Source of the DNA: Octopus bimaculoides
Lineage: Eukaryota
NCBI RefSeq assembly: GCF_001194135.2
Contig: NC_068987.1
Span: forward strand, 82,065,655 to 82,124,498
Direction of reading: 5' to 3'
DNA length: 58,844 bases
The notes beneath the pieces were generated by a model, which saw only the letters and a program-made list of their open reading frames with translations, made no database searches and was not told the DNA's origin. The position numbers and the translations under genes were made by a program. Shown piece by piece: positions 26,226 through 39,290 of the stretch. The stretch's first letter is position 1. The number at the start of each line of letters is the position of its first letter.

Positions 26226-27440
26226 TACTAAGCTCCTAGATATAGTTTAATATGACACATTAGTTCTTGGGTGCCCTTATCAGAACCTGAATGTTAGCAG
26301 CAGAGTGGATCCTGTTAAAGGTATCCAAAAACCAGATTAAGGAATTAAAGAAAGTCCCTGAAAAAATATCATGGCGTGTCCTTGGTCATCTGACTAAACT
26401 ATCAAAAAAGCTACCTTGATTCTATCAGTTCTGGTATTTCTCAGATCTGGTTCTTGCTTGGCTTCACACTTCCCGATTTCTTTCTGCATATTAACAAGTC
26501 TCTCACTGTCATAACCTAACAACAAACTTCCTCTGTATATCTGACATTATCTTTCTGTCATTATTAATATCCTTTCAACATGTAAGCAAGACATCTTATA
26601 CACTCATGTACTATTTCTATCAACAGGTAAGTTGAAAACAGTTTCCAGTGAAGATATGAAAACCTTATCTTTTTTAATAACACAAAAATACACTCAGCTA
26701 CACAATAGAACTCCACAGTTTTACGCTACAAACTTTACATCGTTTATTCCTCCCAATCTCTGATGTTCTTTCATAGTAACAAGTTATTTATAATGTATCT
26801 AGAACTGCATTCCAAATGCTAGGTTTCCCCTTCAGAGACAGAAACTACAAAAGATTTAAGCAGTTACTGAACCTAATCAAAGCACAGCTGCATCCCACAT
26901 TAACAGAACTGCTTACATGTCAGGGACACCGATACTCTTAAACACATGCAAAATACAAACAGTCTGACCTTCACTCGCTAGAAGCTATGACTGCCAGTCT
27001 TCCTTCTCTTTCTCTTTTATCATTGTCTGAGACAAGCTAATAAAATTAAACTGTTGGTGCTGCTCAGTGACCTTAGACTAACTAATAAAAATGTCAGTCT
27101 ACAGATCTCAACTCATATATATGCATGTGTATGTGTGAGTGTGTGTATGTGTGTGTTTGTGTGTGAGTGTGGGTGTGTGTATGTGATTGTATGCATGCGT
27201 GTGATTGTGTGTGTATGTGTGTGTGTGTGCATGTGTGTGCTTGTCGTGTAGAAGTTAACTGACTATAATGTCAATATACATTAAATTCATTTTGCTAGAA
27301 TATTTTTTGGAGAATTTGGTATTATTGACTTCATCTATCGGATTACTATTTTCTATGAAAGATTTTGATAAGTTAAATTCACTGTCTGTCATCATGTGAC
27401 CATTCTAACATGATATTTATCTGTACAATATTTACATATA

Positions 27441-28664
27441 TACAAACATGTCAGAAGTAAATAGACACCCCATAAAACATTGTTTTGTGTTTATTATAGC
27501 TTATAAAGGTTTATATTTTTTATTAATTGACATTTTGATGTTTCAGGTTCTATATGTGACTGTTTACTCATGTCACATACAATAGAAGCCTTGGAACTGT
27601 CTGAATTTCAAAGAGGCCATATTGTGGATCAATCTGAAGGTGGACATAGTCAGTGTAAAATTGCAGAAAACCTTGGGATCCCACTTTCTACAGTTAACAA
27701 AGTGATTGTGCAATTCACCAGAGAGGGGATAGAGTCCACATCACCTTGCTCAGTTTGACCAGGGCTCTCTGACAAGACCCTTCTCTTTGTTAAGAGAAGT
27801 GTGGAGGACAATCCTCGTTGCAAGGCATCTGACATAGCAGAGTACGTTGATGTCAGTCCCAGAACACTTGTCAGGTATCTGCATTAATTTGGGTCACTAT
27901 GACAGAGCAGCAAGAAGGAAGCCACTTCTTTGACCAGCCAATGTCAAGTGGAGAAAAGACTGGGGCCAGTGAGATGGTGGAGAGGCCACTAACATTTTGG
28001 GACACTGTCACATTCTCCAATGAGTCCAGATTTGCTGTATTTTCTGACAGCGATCAAGTGTGGGTCTGGAGACTCTGTGATCAAGAATTTGACATGAAAA
28101 GATTGCAACCAACAATGAAACATGGCAGCTATTCTGTGATGGTCTGGAGAGCAATTTGGAGCAATAGTCAGAGCTGGTGGAGTGTGAGGGAAACATAAAT
28201 TCAGATAAATGTGTGACCATATTGTAGAAAGGACTCCTTCCAATCTTCTCCAGTGGTGAAATGATTAAAGAAGATTCTTTATTTATGGAAGATGGGGCTC
28301 TTTGTCACATGGCTAAAATGACCCAAGATTTGTTGGATGAGAATGGCATTAAAAAGCTTCCATGGCCAAGCCAGTCTCCAGATATGGACCCTACTGAATA
28401 GCTCTGGGGCATAATGGACAGGACACTTCATAAAAAGAACAAGAAAGCATCTTCAAAGCTAGATCTTTTAAGATTACTGTATGAAACTTGGCAATAAATT
28501 TCCCAAGAGAATATTCATCATCTGATCAGTAACAAGGATTCTTGCATTGTAAAATGCAAAGGGCATGTCTATTAAATATCAATATCAAATATTCACATTA
28601 TAACAATTAATAAATAATTTAAATGTATAATTTTAGATTTAAATAAATTGTAACGATTATAAGG

Positions 28665-28673
<9 letters not shown>
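27441..28673 (+). mobile_element. Near full-length decayed Tc1 (DD34E) transposon
   Basis: Pseudogenised transposase 27570-28560: [11 protein letters not shown]...FSNESRF, KHGSYSVMVW, MEDGALCH, WPSQSPDMDPTE; TIR remnants ATAGACACCC / GGGTGTCTAT. Confidence 0.9.
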
Positions 28674-28717
<44 letters not shown>

Positions 28718-28857
28718 TACATATATATATTTAACATGTCTTTCATGCTATCATGGGTTAGATAGTATGATAGCAGTTGGCTAGCCATATGTCTGTACTA
28801 AGCTTCGATGACTGCTTTCGCATAGTTCATATAGCTGTGTGTGTGCATGTATTCTTT

Positions 28858-29076
28858 CTTTCTTTTACTTGTTTCAGTCATTTGACTGAGGCCATGCTGG
28901 AGCACCGCCATAAAGGATTTTCGTCGAAGAAATCGAACCCAGGACTTATTCTTTGTAAGCCTAGTACTTATTCTATCGGTCTATTTAGCCAAACAGCTAA
29001 GTTACAGTTACGTAAACACTCTAGCATCGGTTGTCAAGTGATGATGGTGGGTAGAAAAAGAGACACACATAAATAG

Positions 29077-29118
<42 letters not shown>

Positions 29119-29284
29119 GCAACAGGATTCTTTCAGTTTCCATCTACCAAATCCACTAGCAATACTTTGGTCGGCCCACAGCTATAGTGGAAGTCACTTG
29201 CTCAAGGTGCAATGAAGTGGGACTGAACCTAAAACTAAGTGATTGCAAAGCAAGTTTCTTAACCACAAAGCCACGTCTGCACCT
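28858..29284 (-). mobile_element. SINE family A, full length
   Basis: Reverse complement of 38-408. Confidence 0.8.
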
Positions 29285-29775
29285 AGAATTTGAATAAAAA
29301 TTCAATCTGTTCTCAATAAAGTACATTGTTTCAGACACAAGAGAGTACAAAACCTTGAAATAAGAGAAAATTCTTCATCCAGATATAAGCTTATTTAGTT
29401 TTAAAATCCTCATGACATCATTATTTTTGGAAAGAATTGGGAAGTTCTTTTCTATATAGGTGCAGGGATGGTTGTGTGGGAAGAAGCTTTCTTCCCAATG
29501 AAATGGTCCTGAGTTCAGTCCCTCTGCAAGGCACCTTAGGCAAGTGTCTTCTATTATAGCCATGGACTGACCAAAGTCCTGTGAGTCGGTCTAGTTGACA
29601 GAAACTGAAAGAAAACTGATGTGTGTATGTATTTATCATCATTATCATCATTTAACGTTTGTTGTCCATGCTGGTATGGGTTGGTGGTTTGACCAGGGCT
29701 GGCAAGTTGAAAGGCTGCACCAGACTCCAGTCTGATTTGGCATGGTTACTATGGCTGGATGCCCTTCCTAACGCC

Positions 29776-29808
<33 letters not shown>

Positions 29809-30129
29809 AACATACATACATACATGTGTGTGTGTGCATGTGTGTATGTGTCTCAGTCTTAGGTTGTTTACACCCCTGTAACTTATCAGTTTATCAAAAG
29901 GGAGCTGATATAATAATTACCACCTTAAAAAAAAAAAAGCAAGTACCAGGGTTGATTCATTTGACTAGAAATTCTTCAGGGTGGTGCCCCAGCATGGCCA
30001 CAGTCTAATAACTGAAACAAGTAAACAAGCTGAACAAAGATATGTTCTACCGTTTATGAAGAGAATGTCATCCTTAACACAATCCATTGCATTATTGTTG
30101 TCACATTTAAAAAAAAAAATCCCTTTACC

Positions 30130-30560
30130 ATTATTTCATTTTCCATGCATTTGTCATCCATCTGTACACCTGAAGATATGTTGCTGTTTTCTTTTGCAAA
30201 AGCTTTTGCATTTCAAAAAGTGATAACACCCTGATGTATGACATCTAAAATCTTTCAAATTATTATAACCTGCAATCTTCTTTGCTTTAAAAACGATCAG
30301 ACTCATAGAAACAAAAGCTCCTTGCTTTCTTTGATCTGCAACCCAATCATAAAACTAATTTTCAAGATCCTGCAATTTTGCTTTTCTTCCTTCAGAAATT
30401 ACTTTTATCACCTTAAATCATTTTCAATTCTTCTTCATGATTGCGTCAAGAATGAATTATTTTCTCCATTAGTGGAGGCCAGAATACCCTTTTGCTGCTC
30501 ATTTTCCTTGATCTTTTGCATTATTTATCACATTCAATTTGAACTTAGATGTGTATGACA
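30130..30560 (-). pseudogene. pogo/Tigger transposase N-terminal remnant (CENP-B/Tc5 HTH)
   Basis: GRKAKLQDLEN*FYDWVADQRKQGAFVSMSLIVFKAKKIA...KDFR; not in the ORF track because of stops. Confidence 0.7.
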
Positions 30561-31159
30561 GTTTTTTACTTTAGATACCATAAAGGGTGTCAAAAATCTG
30601 ATGGAAAACAATGTAGTTAAGCCTAAAAGTCAATTCTTTTGTACCTCACTTAACAGCTGTAACTGTATCCATTTATTCTTTTATTCTTTTATGCTTCATC
30701 CCTAAGGTTGTGGCCATGCTGAAGCTTTGCTAACATCTTTTATCCATAATCCTTCCATTTTGTTTTTGTTGCTTATCTTGTTATGGTTTTACAAATTAGT
30801 AATGTTAATAGCAACAGTTTTTAGAATATATCAATATAAAATTAAATAAAAGTTTGATAAAGCTATAACATGCGATATTAATTAGAAGGGATGTTTCCTT
30901 GATGTTTCTTGACAATAACTTTCCTTAAATCTCAAGAATTTTTCTTAGGATTCTTGCAGAATACAGGATGGCACTTTTCTGCAGGTGACAATGTGAGTCT
31001 AAATTCCAATACCATGCAGTCTCTTAGGTAGCATTTTGGGTATTGTGCCAAGTGCACCAATTATCATAGAAACAATAGCCATCTTTGTCTTCCACAAACT
31101 CGTCAACTCTCTGGTGAGGTCCCAATATTTCTCTCGTATTAAAATTTCTTTGGCATTCT

Positions 31160-31358
31160 TTTCTACTCTAGGCACAGGCCTAAATTTTTTGGGGGAGGGG
31201 GGGCCAGTCGATTAGATCAACCCCGGTAGGCAACTGGTACTTAATTTATTGACCCCCAAAAGGATGAAAGGCAAAGTTGACCTTGACAGAATTTGAACTC
31301 AGAATGTAGCAGCAGACAAAATATCGCTAGGCATTTCACCTGTCAGTTCACCGCCTTG
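31160..31358 (-). mobile_element. SINE family C
   Basis: Reverse complement of 20015-20215. Confidence 0.7.
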
Positions 31359-31415
<57 letters not shown>

Positions 31416-31416
<1 letters not shown>

Positions 31417-32223
31417 CGAATAGAGATTTGATTAAGCAAACTGAAATGGAAGGATACAAATATCTTGGTGTACTAGAGTGCAATGAGATAATGGAAAATG
31501 AAATGAAAGAGCAACTGAGGATGGAGTATTTCTGAAGACTGAGGTTGGTATTGCGTTCAAAACTGACTGGATGGAAAAAAATCCAAGCAGTTAATATGTG
31601 GGTGATAGCATTACTTCAGTATGGAGCAGGAATTATAAAATGGCAACAGAGAGAAATGAAGAAAATGGATACCAAAACTAGAAAAATTTAACAATACATG
31701 AAGCCTTCCATCTTAAGAGTGACACTGGTAGGCAGTACTTGTCCAGAAGAAAGGATGGGAGAGGTTTGATCAGTTGCCAGGACTGTATCGTAGCAGGGGA
31801 AAACATCCTAGGGTGGTATATAAAAGATGCTGTGGGCCACTGCTGAAACACATGAAGAAGGTTGGCATCATCAAAATTGAAAATTGTGTAACTCTAAAGA
31901 AAAATTTAAACAAGGAATGGACAAATAAAAAGAAAAAGCATGGAAGGAAAAAGAAATGTATGGTCAGTTTGCAAGAAATGCAAACGCCAAGACAGATACA
32001 GAGGACCGGTGGCTATGGATGAGGAGGAGTGATCTGGAGATAGAGACAGAAGCCCTCATATGCGCAGCTCAGGAACAAGCATTAAGGACCAATTAAATGA
32101 AGTGCAGAATAGACAACACCACTGATAGTGACAAATGCAGAATGTGTGTTGAGAGGGGTGAAACGGTATGGCACATCGTTAGCGAATGTCCAAAATTGGC
32201 ACAACGCAAATACAAATGACACC
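31416..32223 (+). pseudogene. R4/Dong-clade non-LTR retrotransposon fragment (RT thumb to CCHC knuckle)
   Basis: YKYLGVLE...AVNMW...YGAGII...GRGL...ETEALICAAQEQALRTN...CRMCVERGETVWHIVSECPKLAQ; starts right after (AAT)n. Confidence 0.9.
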
Positions 32224-32529
32224 ATGCATGCATGTATGTATGTATGTATGTATGTATGTATGTATGTATGTATGTATGTATGTATGTATGAGTTTGTGCC
32301 TGCTTGTTTTGTCATTGCATGGTAGGTGTAAATGCTATACAAGTGGTATCACTCATTTTCTATCTTCTATGGAAACTTCTCTGGCCATGGGGAAGCTATT
32401 ACACAGGTGAGGGTTGACAATAAGAAAGATATCCAGTTATAGAAAATCTGCCCCAATGAATTCTTGTTTCCCCTGTGCAAGCATGGAATTTGGTAAAGTG
32501 GATGTTAAAATGACAATGACAACAGCAAT

Positions 32530-32790
32530 GAAGCTGATCAGGAGGATGATGGTGATGTGAATAACACTGATGATGGTGGTGGTGGTGATGATGATGATGA
32601 GAATAATGATGATGATGGTGGTGGTAATGATGGTGGTGATGGTGATGATGTGTTGCTGATGGTGTTGATGATGGTGATGGTGATGATGATTGTGATCATG
32701 ATAAAAATGGTAGTGGTGGTGGTGGTGGTGGTGATGGTGTTGTTGTTGTTGGCAGTGGAGGTGGCGGTAGCAGTGGTGATAACGGTGGTA

Positions 32791-32822
<32 letters not shown>
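32530..32822. repeat. Compound (GAT/GGT) microsatellite
   Basis: Direct reading. Confidence 0.95.
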
Positions 32823-32823
<1 letters not shown>

Positions 32824-33207
32824 CGTTTTCACTTACATTGATAATGCTCATGGGAAAATCATGAATATCACACTTCCTCTTCAGTAGAATAACAGCCATG
32901 TTTATATTACACAACATCTATGTTTCCAATGGACAAATAAGAACTTACCCACAGTTAATGACAAAGATAATTAATACAGCTTTTAAAAATATTTGTTATA
33001 GTTTACATTACTTTATTGCTTTTAAAATACGTTGTTGAGTTAATTAATTATAATTGTAAACCTGCCTTAAGCCAATTATACATCACTGTGAAAATAAACT
33101 ACTAGTCATTAACTTGAGAAATATTAAATAAGATTTCTATCTCTCCACTTACCTGTCTATCTGTCTATCTGTCTGTCAATCTGTCCATGCTGATCTATCT
33201 GTCTGTC

Positions 33208-33272
<65 letters not shown>

Positions 33273-33545
33273 NNNNNNNNNNNNNNNNNNNNNNNNNNNN
33301 NNNNNNNNNNNNNNNNNNNNNNNNCTATCTATCTATCTATCTATTTATCTATTTATCTATCTATCTATTTAGCTAGCAAGCTATCTGTCAATCTGTCTAT
33401 GGGGATCTATCACTATATCTGTCTATCTGTCTGTCCATCCATTCATCCATCCATCCATTCATCCATCCATCCATCCATCCATCCATCCATCTAGCTAGCT
33501 AGCAAGCTATCTGTCTGTCAGTCTGTTTATGGGGATCTATCACTA

Positions 33546-33574
<29 letters not shown>

Positions 33575-33576
<2 letters not shown>

Positions 33577-33797
33577 TTGTTTCAGTCATTTGACTGCGGC
33601 TATGCTGGAGCACCACCTCTAGTCAAACACAATGATGCTAGGACTTATTCTTTGTAAGCCCAGTACTTATTCTATCAGTCTGTTTTGCTGAACCGCTGAG
33701 TTACACACCTACACCATAAACACACCTGCACCGGTTGTCAAGCAATGGTGGGATAACATAACAAACACAGACACACAAATACATATATACATACATG

Positions 33798-33855
<58 letters not shown>

Positions 33856-33962
33856 CATGATGAGCTTCTTTCAGTTTCCGTCTACCAAATCCACTCACAA
33901 GGCTCTGGTCAGCCCGAGGCTATAGCAGAAGAGAAGATATCATGCAGTTGGACTGAACCCGG
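33575..33962 (-). mobile_element. SINE family A
   Basis: Reverse complement of 38-408. Confidence 0.8.
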
Positions 33963-35402
33963 CTTTGGAATAGCTTTTACAACTGGAAGCCCTTCCAAGT
34001 GCCAACCACTTTACAGAGTGGACTGAATTCATCTTTTTACATGGCACCAGCATTGGTGAGGTCACCAAGTAACTTGCAAGACAAAGATTCATGCCTCCCA
34101 TACCTTCAATGCCACAAATGTTTTAGTTTTAACTCATGGTTTCAGATGGCACTACTTGCCACGCAAGTACACCTCCAAAATTTAAAACTGTAAACCTTAA
34201 AGAATTCTGATGCTAGTAAAACAGGATATAAGGAAACATACTGTCCTCTGGATCCTATCCATATTTTGTTGCATTTATTAGTTACACTTCCAAAATTGCC
34301 TTAATCAATTTTATATTTATTATACAGAACTGTTGCAACAGACTTTTTGACAAACCTATTCTTATCTTAATTATCAAAACTAACGAATATAATTATAGAA
34401 AACTGAGAAACATTTCCCAAAGGAAACTTCAAAAGATTAAAATTATATGTTACTGCCTAGTTACCAATTGCGAGAATTATGTTTGAAATTAATGGTGTTG
34501 TATAATTTTTGAATGTCTTTTATTGTTCTATTATCACAAATAATATTTCATTGTGTTCGAGTCGAAGCTTTATAAGCTCTTCAGAATTATATTGTAACTG
34601 TCAATGATAAAATTCCTAGTTGCTTAGTTACAGTCTGAATACTGTTCAGGAATTTGGACCATAGATTTGCAGTATTTGAACTTGTTGGGTACAATTATTG
34701 ACAGCTGCTGCAGTTACCATGACCCACAGTTCCATCTTTGCCTCCTTTTTGGATTATTATCAAACAAAAAAACTATTTTAATACTAATAATAAATGTAAT
34801 AAAAATGCTTTTCATTTTTATGGCTTCGAATACCTCCTTAACAATGTAGCTCACGACGATGATGAGGATGATGATGATGGCGGTGTTGTTTTTGTTGTTG
34901 TTGGTGGTGATGGTGGTGGTGGTGAAAGTGCTGGTGGTGTTGATAGTGACAACAGCAGCAACAACAGATTATCAATGATATGGATAAAAGGAACAGTGAA
35001 GAGGATGAGAAGGAGGAGGAGGAGGAGGAGGAGAAGAAAGATGTAACAGAAATAAGGGAATGAGCAATGGAGCAGGAAAAGGGGAATTGTAGGATCATGA
35101 TGATATGAAGAAGAAGAAAAAAAAAAAACCTTTCAGAAATGCTGACAAGGGAGAACTGCAGAAGAAAAGGAACAATATACATATACATATGTTTGTGTGT
35201 ATATATATATATATATATANNNNNNNNNNNNNNNNNNNNNNNNNNNNNNNNNNNNNNNNNNNNNNNNNNNNNNNNNNNNNNNNNNNNNNNNNNNNNNNNN
35301 NNNNNNNNNNNNNNNNNNNNNNNNNNNNNNNNNNNNNNNNATATACATACACACAAAATATACAATATATTTATACAATATATATATATATACATACACA
35401 CA

Positions 35403-35433
<31 letters not shown>

Positions 35434-35507
35434 CAAAATATACAATATATCTATACAATATATATACATACACACACAATATATATATATATATATACAC
35501 ACACACA

Positions 35508-35539
<32 letters not shown>

Positions 35540-35929
35540 CATGATACTGTGGAGAAGAAGGATGAAGAGGGGTGGGAGGGAGAAGAACGAAAGAATAAGA
35601 CAGTTTTATATTCTGTACTCCCTCCTCCACCCTCAACCCCCCACCCCTATCAGTTTCTTTTTTTTTTAAACTCTCCTTTTTAATACATTCAGTAAGACCC
35701 TTTATACAGTGAAAGATTCCAGCTTCCCTCACTTACTTCTAAGAGAGAAGCATATAAAGAAATCCCTGATTCTCACTTCACTTTTAACCATTCTAAAACA
35801 TTAGCAAATCCTATTAACTTTATTGATGGAATACTTCTTCCGACATTAAAATTGATATTATTGATTTTTTGCACCCTCGCCCCACCCCCAACCCCCACCC
35901 CGGCTATATATATAGCATTTCATCCCTCA

Positions 35930-35964
35930 TCATAATAATACTAATACTGCAAATACTACTACTG

Positions 35965-36000
<36 letters not shown>

Positions 36001-36419
36001 TTACTACTACTACTACTACTACTACTAATACTACTACTGCTACTGCTACTACAATTAATAATAATAATAATAATTATCATTATTATTGTTACTGGTATTA
36101 TTATTATTATCATTATTATTATTATTATAATTATTATTATTATTATTATTATTATTGACAATGATGATGATGGTGACGATGGTGATGATGATGGTGGCGG
36201 TGGTGGTGGTGATAATGATGATGATGATGATAATGATGGTGGTAGTGGTGGTGGTGGCTGCAGCAGTGGGGGGGTGATGATGACGTAGTGGTGGTGCTGC
36301 TGCTCCTGCTAATACCACCATGACCACCACACCTGCTACAAATGATAATAATAATAATGACGATGATGATGACGATGATGACGATTATAATAATCATAGT
36401 AATAATAATAAGAAGAATC

Positions 36420-36492
<73 letters not shown>
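35930..36492. repeat. Large compound trinucleotide array (CTA/ATT/GAT/GGT/AAT)
   Basis: Direct reading. Confidence 0.95.
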
Positions 36493-36807
36493 GATGGCAA
36501 GAGCAAATAAAAACAGAAATTAAACCAAAAAAAAAAACAGAACACTACAATTAGAAGTGAGTAGCTCTGACCATTTCTCTTCAAATGACTCTGTTAACCG
36601 AAATAGTTATATTGTTGCCAAGCTCTGCACTAAAGAATTTTACCCATTTAAATAATATTTTCTCCATTTACCATCATTGCAATCATCCTTAATGTCTTCT
36701 AGTACAAAGTCCATCTTTGAGTACAATGTCCATTGAATAACGGTTTTTAAAATTCTACTCTATATATAGCACATATTTAAGTTTATTGTGTTAGAATTTT
36801 GTTTTCT

Positions 36808-36842
<35 letters not shown>

Positions 36843-37247
36843 NNNNNNNNNNNNNNNNNNNNNNNNNNNNNNNNNNNNNNNNNNNNNNNNNNNNNNNNNN
36901 NNNNNNNNNNNNNNNNNNNNNNNNNNNNNNNNNNNNNNNNNNNNNNNNNNNNNNNNNNNNNNNNNNNNNNNNNNNNNNNNNNNNNNNNNNNNNNNNNNNN
37001 NNNNNNNNNNNNNNNNNNNNNNNNNNNNNNNNNNNNNNNNNNNNNNNNNNNNNNNNNNNNNNNNNNNNNNNNNNNNNNNNNNNNNNNNNNNNNNNNNNNN
37101 NNNNNNNNNNNNNNNNNNNNNNNNNNNNNNNNNNNNNNNNNNNNNNNNNNNNNNNNNNNNNNNNNNNNNNNNNNNNNNNNNNNNNNNNNNNNNNNNNNNN
37201 NNNNNNNNNNNNNNNNNNNNNNNNNNNNNNNNNNNNNNNNNNNNNNN

Positions 37248-37287
<40 letters not shown>

Positions 37288-37739
37288 TTATACTATTGTT
37301 CATAACATATTTTTATGTGTTCCGGTTGGATACACTTGATGTCATTTGATTATTCATTATGACAAAATGGCAGTTATGCGAAAAACAGGTTAAATGTTTC
37401 TCAAAGACTATCACTAATATTTGAAGAGATTAATGTTAGTCTGCATAAATAGGTCTCAGTCAAAATTTCCAACCAGAATATTTTAAATTGTTCAGTCAAC
37501 CAGATTACCCAAGCTCATTGAATAAGTTTGTAAGTGGTTGAATATTCCAGAGACATAAGTATGTGTACCTGTAATCAATGTGACACAATGTGACAATGCT
37601 CGACCTTTGATTGATAGATTTAATCAATCTGATGAGATTCTATTCGGTTTCAATCTTGTTAATTTTATTCACAAGCCATGAATTGCCCTGAGGCAATAGA
37701 AAATGAAACATTCCTACACAGCTATGTACTCCTACCTGA

Positions 37740-38380
37740 CTTTGTTTTCTCATAGAATCCAGAAAAATGAATACCTTTTTGTAGAATTTATTAGTTATGC
37801 TTCAGATGATGCAGATTCCAATAATATAAGAATTTGCTGGGAAAATTTTTCCAAAGTTGGGCAGAGGAGTGTTGATACTTCACAAAAGTTGGCTTTGTTT
37901 CCTCATGACTTTCAGAAAAATGGGTATTTGTTTTAATGAAATTTTCAGGAAATACCTTTCAGAGTGTGTCGATTATGATTCTATTGGAATTTGGTTTGTA
38001 AAACAGTTGGTGGATTTGCACACTTACTTACCAACACATCACTTTTTTTCTAAAATTTAAAGTTTCATTTTATGATGTGTCAGTATGTATGTGTACAAGC
38101 CCTAAAAAATTATTTTCATATTAAATTCTAATATAATTGTAATATACACCATTTGGAAAGTATTTGTAGAAAATTTCATTAAAAAATATCAATTTTGCAG
38201 AAAGTTATGAGGAAACAAAAACAACATGTGTGAATTTTCAGAAACTCCTTTCCCAACCCTTGTAAAAACTGTTTTGCAACAAATTCCAATATAATCGGAA
38301 TTTATACCATATGAAGCATATTTATAGAGAATTTCATTAAAAAATATTTGTTTTCCTGGAAATCATGTGGAAGTAAATTC
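37740..38380. repeat. Old foldback-like inverted repeat, each arm built from two ~110-150-bp subunits
   Basis: GAAAATTTCATTAAAAAATAT...GAAAGTTATGAGGAAACAAA units on + (38120-38380) are mirrored on - (37740-38000). Confidence 0.55.
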
Positions 38381-38574
38381 AGTGTATGTATGCTGAAAAT
38401 GAAATTAACCAATGATACCAAGCAATGGGATTGCACTTGAAACAAATATACCACTTTTGTTTATTAATCTTCCTTTAATTTGATGGTATTCCCTGGTTCA
38501 TCTTTAACACCTCTGTCCTTCTCTTCCATGTGGGGTAGCCATAAATCTCCCCTACAACAAAACATCTATTCCTG

Positions 38575-38910
38575 TCCCTCTGTGAAGCTGCATGGCTCAG
38601 TGATTAGAGCATCAGACTCACCATCATGAGGTAGTGAGTTCGATTTCCAGGCTGTATGTTGTGTTCTTGAGCAAGACATTTTATTCCACGTTGCTCCAGT
38701 TCACTCAGCTGTAGAAATGACTTGCGACATCATTGGTGCCAAGCTGTATCGGCCCCTTTGCCTTTCCCTTGGAAAATACTGGTGGTGAGGACAGCGGAGG
38801 CTGGCATGCATGGGCAACTGCTGGTCTCCCATAACCAAACTTGCCCAGACTTGTACCTGGCAAAGGAACTTTCTAGGTGCAATCCCATGGCCATCCATGA
38901 CCGAAGGGGG
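38575..38910 (+). mobile_element. SINE family B
   Basis: Head plus GTTGTGTTCTTGAGCAAGAC core. Confidence 0.7.
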
Positions 38911-39049
38911 TCTTTACCCTTTACTATTTATCCTGTCCCTCTATCATGCTTTAACTTCTCATTACCTGCCATAAAGCCAACTCCCTCAAAGCTATTTCCC
39001 TCCTCGGTTGAGTGATATTTATTACCTTGTGAGTTACGTGATAATCTCA

Positions 39050-39290
39050 CTGCTGCAGCTGGTACCATGTGAAAAAAAAAAAACACCCAGTGCATTCTGT
39101 AAAGTGGCTGGTGTTAGGAAGGGCATCCAGCTGTAGAAACCATGCCAGACACTGGAGCTTGATGCAGCTCTTCAGCCTGTTACTCATGTTGAAATAGTCA
39201 ATCCATGCCAGCAGGGGAGATGGTCATTAAACAATGATAATGATGATGATGATGAGAGTGACAGTGACGATGATGATGATGATGATGACG
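39050..39290 (+). mobile_element. RTE-LINE 3' end
   Basis: Same family, GAT tail. Confidence 0.7.

Noticed and set aside
26280-27000. Possible decayed LINE or Penelope coding region
   Set aside because: No diagnostic motif could be read in any frame by eye; needs a profile-HMM search
37756-37923. Plus-strand exon candidate with good splice signals (IQKNEYLFVEF..., weakly CUB-like)
   Set aside because: Overlaps the subunits of the 37740-38380 inverted repeat, so a non-coding repeat origin is simpler
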